Program-made: the position numbers and the translations under genes
NCBI GenBank assembly: GCA_951406725.2
Contig: OX597824.1
Coordinates: 49,104,001 to 49,168,000, forward strand
DNA length: 64,000 nt
Reading direction: 5' to 3'
Source: Octopus vulgaris
Lineage: Eukaryota
Notes under the pieces: generated by a model
Told to the model about the DNA's origin: nothing
Databases searched by the model: none
Seen by the model: only the letters and a program-made list of their open reading frames with translations
Part shown: positions 55,832 through 64,000 of the stretch, piece after piece
How positions within the stretch are numbered: position 1 is the first letter of the stretch
How the letters are laid out: every line of letters begins with the position of its first letter

Positions 55832-56203
55832 GTAGCTTGCTTACCAACCACATGGTTCCGGGTTCAATCCCACTGCATGGCACTTAGGGCAAGTGTCTTC
55901 TACTATAGCCTCGGGCTGACCAAAGCCTTGTGAGTAGATTTGGTAGATGGAAACTGAAAGAATCCCATCGTATATATGTATATGTATATCTATGTGTGTG
56001 TGCCTGTGTTTGTCCCCCCAACATTGCTTGACAGCCGGTGCTGGTGTGTTTACGTCTCCGTAACTTAGCAGTTCGGCAAAAGAGGCCGATAGAATAAGTA
56101 CTAAGCTTACAAAGAATAAGTCCTGGGGTCGATTTGCTCAACTAAAGGTGGTGCTCCAGCATGGCCGCAGTCAAGTGACTGAAACAAATAAAAGAGTAAA
56201 GAG
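55832..56203 (+). mobile_element. tRNA/CORE-like SINE with internal (GT)n and CR1-derived 3' tail
   Basis: GGTTCAATCCC B-box, GGGCAAGTGTCTTC core-like block, and tail GGTGCTCCAGCATGGCCGCAGTCAAGTGACTGAAAC. Copies at 33268-33445, 59455-59800, 59980-60445 and 61776-62210. Confidence 0.85.
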
Positions 56204-57297
56204 TTTATCTTTTACTTATTTCAGTTGTTAGACTGCGGCCATGCAGTCAACCGAATTGACCTCAGTACATTTTTATTTAAACCTATCAGTCTCTTTTTGT
56301 TGAACCACTAAGTTACAGGGACATAAACATACCAACACTGGTTATCAAGTGGTGGTGGGGGGGACAAACACAGACACAAAGACACACACACATACACACA
56401 CACACACACATACATACATACCCATATAATGGGCTTCTTTCAGTTTTCGCTTACCAAATCCACTTAAACTTGGTTGCCCAAAGTGCCACACAGCCATGCC
56501 TGTACCTATTTATTTACTTATTCATTATTGCATTTACACTGGTGGGTGCCTTACTTTTTCTGAGTTCCAAACTTGCTAAGGTTCATGTAAGTTATCATAA
56601 ATCTGGGGTCAATAAAAAAAAGTATCAGTGATATACTGGGGTATTTTTAATTTCCTAAACCTCTTTTCCTTACAGAAATATGTTCAACTCAGAAAAAAAA
56701 GCAGTAACAAAAAACACATATAATTATCAAAGTTTTGCAGAGAGAAGTAAAATGAAACAGTAAACTTTTTTTTTTCCTTCAAGACTGTAAAACATTTGTG
56801 AATTCACTAAAATCATTCAGATTGAAATTCTCTTTGATAGCAGAAGTAGAAATATCTTGTCTGAAAGCAGCAGCAGTGAAACTGTATTTGATAGTAGAAG
56901 GCAATCTGTATGTAAGAGCACTAATGAAATTCTCAGTGATAGCCAAAATAACATTCTCATTTCAAGAAATAATTAAATTTTATATGAAATCTGCAATCAA
57001 AAACTCTCATTAAGAGTATTCTCTGAGAATAGCAGTCAGGTATTCCAAAAGAGCAGTAACATGACTCGAGTAAGTTTAGAACCACGTCCTGGTGATAAAA
57101 TTGTGATAATGTGATGTATGTATGAATTTATGTATGGTGTTTGTAATGTATATATGTATGGTGTTTGTAATGTATATATGTATGTATTTGTATGCATGGT
57201 ATGGTATGATATGTATGTTTGGTATGGATGGATGGACAGACACCATTGTTAAAATTTCATTATTTACTTATTAACATAATCTATCATATATTATTAG

Positions 57298-57362
57298 TGT
57301 TTGGATCTTCAGCAGAAGATAATCCAGAATACAGGAAAATATTTACAGAGTATCAACAACTG
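57298..57362 (+). CDS. CFAP36: CFAP36-like exon 2 (65 nt)
   Basis: ttattag|TG TTT...CTG|gtaagt. With exon 1 gives (V)FGSSAEDNPEYRKIFTEYQQL, matching the BART 'Y..I..EY..L' motif. Phase 1 to 0. Confidence 0.85.
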
Positions 57363-59065
57363 GTAAGTTACCAAATTTTTTAATGATTTTTGTGGGTATT
57401 TTTGTTCTGTCATAGACTATCTACTGACATTCATTTACTCCTTTAATTAAAATATTGTATGTTTCAAATTCTGGAACAGGGCCAGCAGTTTTTGAGGGGA
57501 TGGGGAAGTTAATTTCATCAACCACAGTACTTGACTGGTACTTATTTTATTAATTCCAAAAGGATGAAAAGCAAAGTCGACCTCAGCATAATTTGAGCTC
57601 AGAACATAAAGTCAGATGAAATACCACTAAGCATTTTGTCTGGTGTGCTAACGGTTCTGCCAGCTTGATCATAGGTTTCTTTGAGGCTAAACCTGTCACA
57701 CCATGACAGCATGGAAAAATGTACATAAAATGATGATAATAATTATGCTGCTGATGATGATGGCATTATACAGTGGTTTTCAACTTGGGTCTTTATGGCC
57801 CATGAAGGTCCATGTAAAATACACAAAATATGTTAACAATTTTTTCATACAATTCTTAATAATATTTAATTATAAAGGGCGGTGAGCTGGTAGAATCGTT
57901 AGCACGCCGGGCGAAGTGCTTAGCAGTATTTCGTCTGCTGTTATGTTCTGAGTTCAAATTCTGCCAAAGTTGACTGCCTTTCATCCTTTTGGGGTCGATT
58001 AAATAAGTACCAGTTATGCACTGGGATTCATGTTATCAATTTAATCCCTTTGTCTATCCTTGTTTGTCCCATGTTTAGCCCCCTGTGGGCAATAAAGAAA
58101 TAAAATATTTAATTATAAAATTACAGTAGGATTTTTTCTATATACATTAAATGGTTATGGGGATCCAACAGAGTAAAATAGGAATCAAGGGGGTCCCTAG
58201 GTAAAACATGGTTAAGAGCCTCTGGCATAATACTTCTTGTGTGTGTGTGGGCAGGGAGTGGATGGAAATTAATTTTTAATTAATCAACATTGCCTACAAT
58301 CATTTCAATTTACACTCAATATAAATTACAAAATATATATAATAAAATATTTTTGCATTTTTTAAGATTTTGAGTGAAATATCTTCAGGGCAAAAAGGAC
58401 ATTATAGAATTTACATGTGAATTAGTTGGGAGTACCTCAACCAAATTCCACACACTTAGTATTGGCTTTTTAATAGTAGTAGTATTAGTAGTAGTTCTTA
58501 ACTTTGGCTGAGGACCACAAAATTTGATCAAGTAGTGTTGTCAATTGAATCATGATAGAATATATCTGGCGTTTATTTTATTGTTTTTGGAAGAATGACA
58601 GGTAAAGTTGACCAACATAATTTGAACTCAGTTAGCAGGGAGTATGGATGTAAGGGGAATTAAGGAACCATATGAAAATTAATCATGCTGGCCTTGGATA
58701 TTAACAATGCCAGTGACAGAATATGGATTGATGACATCTTAGATGGTTGTCTGGGAATCAATCATTTTAGTCAGCTCCACTCTCACTGTCTGTATATAAT
58801 GGTTTCTGATTTAGACACAAGGTTAGCAATTTTGAGGGGGTGGGATAAGTTGATACCATCGACCCCAATATTTGACTGGAAGTTTATTTTATCAACCCTA
58901 ACAGGATGAAATGTAAAGCTGACCTCAGTAAAATTTGAGCTCAGAATTTAAAAAGCCAGAACAAATACCCCAAGGCATTTTGTCTGACACCTTAATGATT
59001 CTGCCAGGTCTCTTCCCAGTTGTCTGTATAAAATAACCCAAAATCTTGCACTTCTTTCATTTCAG

Positions 59066-59176
59066 ATAGCTTCACTGTTAGAAGGCTTCCGAGCTGATTC
59101 AGGGTTGTCTCACAATGATATCATGACAGCACTTACAAGACTGCACAGCAAGGAGGACATACGTGTAATATTTCAG
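59066..59176 (+). CDS. CFAP36: CFAP36-like exon 3 (111 nt)
   Basis: tttcatttcag|ATA...CAG|gtaaat. Translates IASLLEGFRADSGLSHNDIMTALTRLHSKEDIRVIFQ (LLEG....G pattern of the BART domain). Phase 0/0. Confidence 0.85.
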
Positions 59177-60134
59177 GTAAATCATCACCAATCATCATCA
59201 TCAACATTTTACGTCTATTTTCCATGCTGGCATGGGTTAGATGACTTGACAGGAACTAGCAAGGCCAGTGGCTGCACAAGGTCCCATAGTCTGTTTTGGC
59301 TTAGTTTCTACAGCTGGGTGCCATTCCTAACACCAACCATTTTACAAAGTGTGCAAATAAATTAAAGAGCAATTCAGTTGTTTCTTTTGACTAACTGGAT
59401 TATTACTACCAATATGTGTGCATGTCTTTGCGTTTGTCTGTGTGTGTATGTGTCTCCATTGCTTGACAACTAGTGCTGGTTTGTTTTGTTCTTGTAACTC
59501 AGTGGTTCAGCGAAAAGAGACTGATAAAATAAATACAAGCCTTTAAAATATAAGTCCTGGGGTTGGTTTGTACCACCAAAACTCTTTAAAGTGATGTCCC
59601 TGCATAGTCTCAGTTAAACAAGTGAAACAAGTAAAGGTGTGTGTGTGTAGTGTGGTTGTGTGGTAAGAAGCTTGCTTTCTAACCACATGGTTCCAGGTTC
59701 ACTCCCACTGCATGACACCTTGGGCAAATGTCTTCTATTATAGCCTTAGGTCAACCAAAACCTTGTTAGTGGGTCTGGTAGGTAGAAACTGAAAGAAACT
59801 TGTCATTTTATCAGTCATACACTTCCCACCCTGAAATTTTATGGAAATTTAAGAAATAATATCAATGTTGTTGCTGATGTCCAAAGGCTGCAGTGAAACA
59901 ATGTCAATGAACATGTTTGTCATAGATGTACATTAAAAGGTGTTGATGCTTCTTAACATAAATACTATTACAAAATAAGCAGGTATGGCTGTGCGATAAG
60001 AAGCTTGTTTCCAAATCACATAGTTCTGGGTTCACTCCCACTGCATGGCACCTTGGACAAGTGTCTTCTACTATAGCCTCAGGCTGACCAAAGTCTTGTG
60101 AGTAGATTTGGTAGATGGAAACTGAAAGAAATCC

Positions 60135-60181
<47 letters not shown>

Positions 60182-60581
60182 ATGCACGTGCGTATGTGTG
60201 CATGCATGCACATGTGTGTGTCTGTGTCTGTCTGCCCACCACCACCACCACCACCACTACTTGATAACCACTGTTGGTGTGTTTATATTACTGTAACTTA
60301 GCAGTTCAGCAATAAGCCACCTGTAGAACAAGTACCAGGCTTTAAAACAAAAATACTGGAGTCAATTCATTCAACTGAAAAGTCTTCAAGGTGGTGCCCC
60401 AGCATGGCCACAGTCTAATGACTGAAACAAGTAAAGGATAAAAGGTAAAGCTATGTTAGTACACACACACACACACACACACACACATATGCCAAGAGAA
60501 GAGATTAATTATTAGGTATTCTTTCATATATCTCATGTAATCTGTATTTTCCTTTCTGTCTTCACCTGTTTCCTTCACCAG

Positions 60582-60787
60582 GGTTTACTGGAACAAGTGT
60601 TGGCCAGTGAAAATTATGACATCTTCATACAACTGATGGTGCAAAAGAACCTGGAGCTGCAGCAACAGGCCATTCTACTGATTTTCCAATCCATTGACTG
60701 TATTCCAAGTGCATTGCTCTCTGTTGAGGTGGGCAAGGAGAGCACTATGCCAAAAGATGAACTTCCAATCATGGAAGCTGTTATTAG
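60582..60787 (+). CDS. CFAP36: CFAP36-like exon 4 (206 nt)
   Basis: Polypyrimidine tract + ccag|GGT...AG|gtgagt. Translates GLLEQVLASENYDIFIQLMVQKNLELQQQAILLI..., matching the CFAP36 'VLAAEDF.IF..MMVQKNIE.QLQA' motif. Phase 0 to 2. Confidence 0.9.
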
Positions 60788-60826
60788 GTGAGTAACCTCC
60801 ACATGAATTTTAAGAGAAACTTGGAA

Positions 60827-60827
<1 letters not shown>

Positions 60828-60872
<45 letters not shown>

Positions 60873-60988
60873 GTAATAATAATAATAATAATAAGAAGAA
60901 GAAGAAGAAGAAGAAGCAGCAGCAGCAGCAGCAACAACAACAACATCACCACCACCACCATCGCCATCATGATGATCATCATCATCAT
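60828..60988. repeat. Compound trinucleotide repeat (AAT)(AAG)(CAG)(CAA)(CAC)(CAT)
   Basis: Direct reading. Intronic, about 40 bp after CFAP36-like exon 4. Confidence 0.95.
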
Positions 60989-61035
60989 TAAAAAAAACCC
61001 TTAGGAATGAGAACCCAGGTTCGAAATTTCCCCAA

Positions 61036-61081
61036 GACACCTGATGAAGGCTGGAGGGTATATCAGCTGAAATGTTCTATT
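61036..61081 (+). ncRNA. Degenerate minimal hammerhead-like motif
   Basis: GACAC-CTGATGA-A-GGCTG(GAGGGTATAT)CAGCT-GAAA-TGTT-CTATT. Core and stem II are intact; stems I and III are imperfect. Confidence 0.45.
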
Positions 61082-61938
61082 AACAACAAACAAGATGAGG
61101 ACACATATCCATCAAATGTAAATAATGTGTATGATATGTTTATGATATCGCATGATAAACATAATAGCAGTAGAGATATTGGATTTATCACCATCATCAT
61201 TTAATATCTATGTTCCAAGCAGACTGGACAGTTTGACAAGGACCATTGAATTAAGGACTGCATCATACTCTTGTGTCTGCTTTGGCATAGTTTCAACAGC
61301 TGGATACCTTTTCTAATACCAACCATTTTACAGCATGTACTGGATACTTTTTGCATTCCACTGGCACTATTTAGGCTGCCATGTAGCTTGCAAGTCAGCA
61401 AACCCAGGGACAGTGGATGTTGTGTCTGTATGTTAAATGGAGGGTTAATGTATGAGAGAAGAGGTTGGGATTGGGTAGGTTTTTGTTGTAGAGAAGTTAT
61501 ATATCTATATATATTTAGGTGGAGAGTGAGAATGATAACAGAAATGTGATAGCCATAGAGACATAATATTGGATGATAGGAATATAATAGATCTGATGCA
61601 AGATTATAGCTACATAATAGCCACATAGATACAGCACATGATTAGCAAATGATAAGTCTTTACTTGAAATCTACTATAGACAGTACTGTCTAAAGGCATG
61701 TTGCAAACTGAGCAATTGCCCAGGGGCTCCACAGCTCTAGGACCCAATTTTAAACTTTGTATGCTATGGTTTGCTATGGCATGACTATGTGGTAAGAAGC
61801 TTGCTTCCCAAGCACATGGTTCTGGGTTCAACCTCACTGCATGGCACCTTTGACAAGTGTCTTCTACTACAACTTCAAGCCAACCAAAGCCTTCAGAGTG
61901 GATTTGGTAGATGGAAACCAAAAGAAGCCTGTCATACA

Positions 61939-61992
<54 letters not shown>

Positions 61993-63075
61993 TTTGTGTC
62001 TGTATTTGTTTCCCCATCACCACTTGATAACTGGTGCTGGTGCTGTGTTTACATCCCTGTAACTTAGTGGTTTAGCAAAAGGGACCAATAGAATATGTAC
62101 TAGGTTTAAAAAATAAGTCCTGGGGTTGATTTGTTCGACTTAAAACCCTTCAAGATGGTGCTCCAGTATGACCACAGTCAACCGACTGAATCAAGTAAAA
62201 GCATAAAAGAATACTATATGGTCCAGTGCACTGATTTGCTCAGATGTCTATAATGCTGCCAAGATGGCCCTGACTATAGAAGCATTTTTCTATGAATTGT
62301 GTGTGTGTGTGTGCGCACGCACGCATGTGTAGTTATTTCTTAAATATTTATGGCATATATAAAGATTAACACATGCTCACACAGCTTACACAATTTTGGA
62401 TAAGTAGTTAAACTCCTTCTGCAACTTTTGTTATTCTCTTTAGTTCTGAATTATTACTCAGCAAGTAAATACTGTTTACTATAGTTTACATAAAATATCT
62501 TAGCTACTGTAAACATTTGTGTGTGTATGTGTGTGTGTGTGTATGTGTGTGTGCATATCTATGCATGCATGTATGGATGTATGTACCCATGCATGTATGC
62601 CTAAATATATATCTGTCTACCTGTCTCTTACTTTTACTTCCTGTATGTGTGTGTGTGTAAGATTTTTTTTCTCACAGGAGCCAAGCCTCTGAGTTAAGAG
62701 ATGCAGTTTAGTATGGCGATATCAATATATGTATAATTCATACTGTATTACTAATTCAACTGACAGAAAAACAAAATGTTTCCAGGTGTCTTTTAACAGA
62801 TCCACACACATGCAAACATACCTACCTACCTACCTACCTACCTACATACATACATACATACATACATACATACATACATACATACATACATACATACATA
62901 CATACATACATACATACATACATACATACATACATACATACATACATACATACATGTATATGTGTTTGTATGTATGTATACACACACATACACAAAAAAA
63001 AATGCATTTTTTTTTATATATATATATGAAGCAATTAAAATGAGTGCTTTTTTGCCTCTGATGTTTGTTTTACAG

Positions 63076-63205
63076 TGAAACCAAGAAAAACAATGATCTA
63101 CTGAGTGAGTGCAATTTGAAGATTAAAGATATTTTGTCTATGACTGAGGATGAAGCAGTGCTGTTGGCTGAAGAGAAAAACAGAAAGAGGGAAGAATTGC
63201 AGCAG
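63076..63205 (+). CDS. CFAP36: Probable CFAP36-like exon 5 (130 nt, coiled-coil-like)
   Basis: ttttacag|T GAA...CAG|gtaaat. Phase-2 compatible with exon 4. Open frame (S)ETKKNNDLLSECNLKIKDILSMTEDEAVLLAEEKNRKREELQQ. Weak homology; supported by splice sites and phase. Confidence 0.7.
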
Positions 63206-64000
63206 GTAAATGAACCATTCCTAACTGTGGACATAATATAAAATCAGTGATAGGGGATATCTTAACAGACTGCCAGATCATAGCATGCGATGTCATGCCA
63301 GCTAACTTGGAACAGAAAATCTTTTTATATCATATTTTAACTAGAAATAAATGCCTGAACTCTTTGGAAATCTTTCTTGCAATAAATAGCATCCTTTCCT
63401 TGCGGAAATATGTTTCTCATCCATGTACAGTTACTGAAACTGGAATTAAGTACCAATCATGTGAGATTTTTGTTAAAAAGAAAATAGTTGGTAATGTTAT
63501 GGTTACTCAGAGCTCATCATGATCATTATCAATTTTCACTTGAAAGAATACACCTCCATTTTACACACACAGCTTGCTGTGTATTAGGAAAGCTGAACTG
63601 GGGTGGTTTGTTGTTGCCTTCACTAGGAATTCTTAAGGATAGGACATAGGTTGGATGGCTTGACAGGAACTGGAATGGCTAGGGACCACACCAGATTCCA
63701 TAGTCTGCTTTGGCTTGATTTCTATGGCTGGATGCTCTTTCTGACGTCAATCACTCTACAGAGTGTACTGGGAGTTTTTATGTGGCACCAGCACCAGTGC
63801 TTTTTACATGGCACCAGCACTCACCAATGCTTTTTATGTGGTACCTTGGTTTTAGGATCTCAATTCTCTTGTGATAGGCAGGTCTTCTTGAGTGCAACAA
63901 TGTGCCACGTATCTCAGTCCTCTGTCGTCTCCTTTGTAAGGTTCAGCATTTTGAGATTGGCCTTCAATACTTCTGAGGTGTGGAAAGAAAATTGAATTGG

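Noticed and set aside
60788-61040. Poly-N/K/Q/H or poly-L/I/Y ORFs
   Set aside because: Intronic compound trinucleotide repeat; read-through from exon 4 stops immediately (AGG TGA).
62678-62711. Alternative acceptor (ctcacag) that could add a short terminal exon to the CFAP36-like gene
   Set aside because: It gives a stop after 11 codons with no homology or clear donor; the exon at 63076 fits better. It cannot be excluded without RNA data.

Overview
Eukaryotic, AT-rich, repeat-saturated genomic DNA with a 100-N scaffold gap at 27769-27868. The SINE families and microsatellite load suggest a coleoid cephalopod such as Octopus; that is inference only. Two spliced host genes are recoverable. 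On the minus strand are two internal exons of a PP4 regulatory subunit 3 (PPP4R3/SMEK) gene (3819-4442, 708-857). On the plus strand are five phase-compatible exons of a CFAP36/CCDC104-like BART-domain gene (43679-63205), largely missed by the ORF track. Most of the rest is mobile DNA: Tc1 and mariner relics, Helitrons, CR1-type LINEs (one nearly intact), two Penelope-like GIY-YIG retroelements, a Gypsy integrase relic, hAT, pogo and RLE-LINE relics, MITEs, several SINE families and very long (TA)/(TACA) microsatellites. The I/Y/M/C/V-rich ORFs are microsatellite artefacts. The best leads are RNA-level: a tandem pair of minimal hammerhead-like ribozyme motifs 418 nt apart (retrozyme/Penelope pLTR-like), two further hammerhead-like families, a ~145-nt repeat with a covarying closing stem and hammerhead core motifs in permuted order, a multibranched G-U-rich structure in CFAP36 intron 1, and a LINE/SINE shared 3' stem-loop with compensatory changes. 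The PPP4R3-CFAP36 neighbourhood also mirrors the human PPP4R3B-CFAP36 pair. No database search or folding program was run; all pairings were read by eye.
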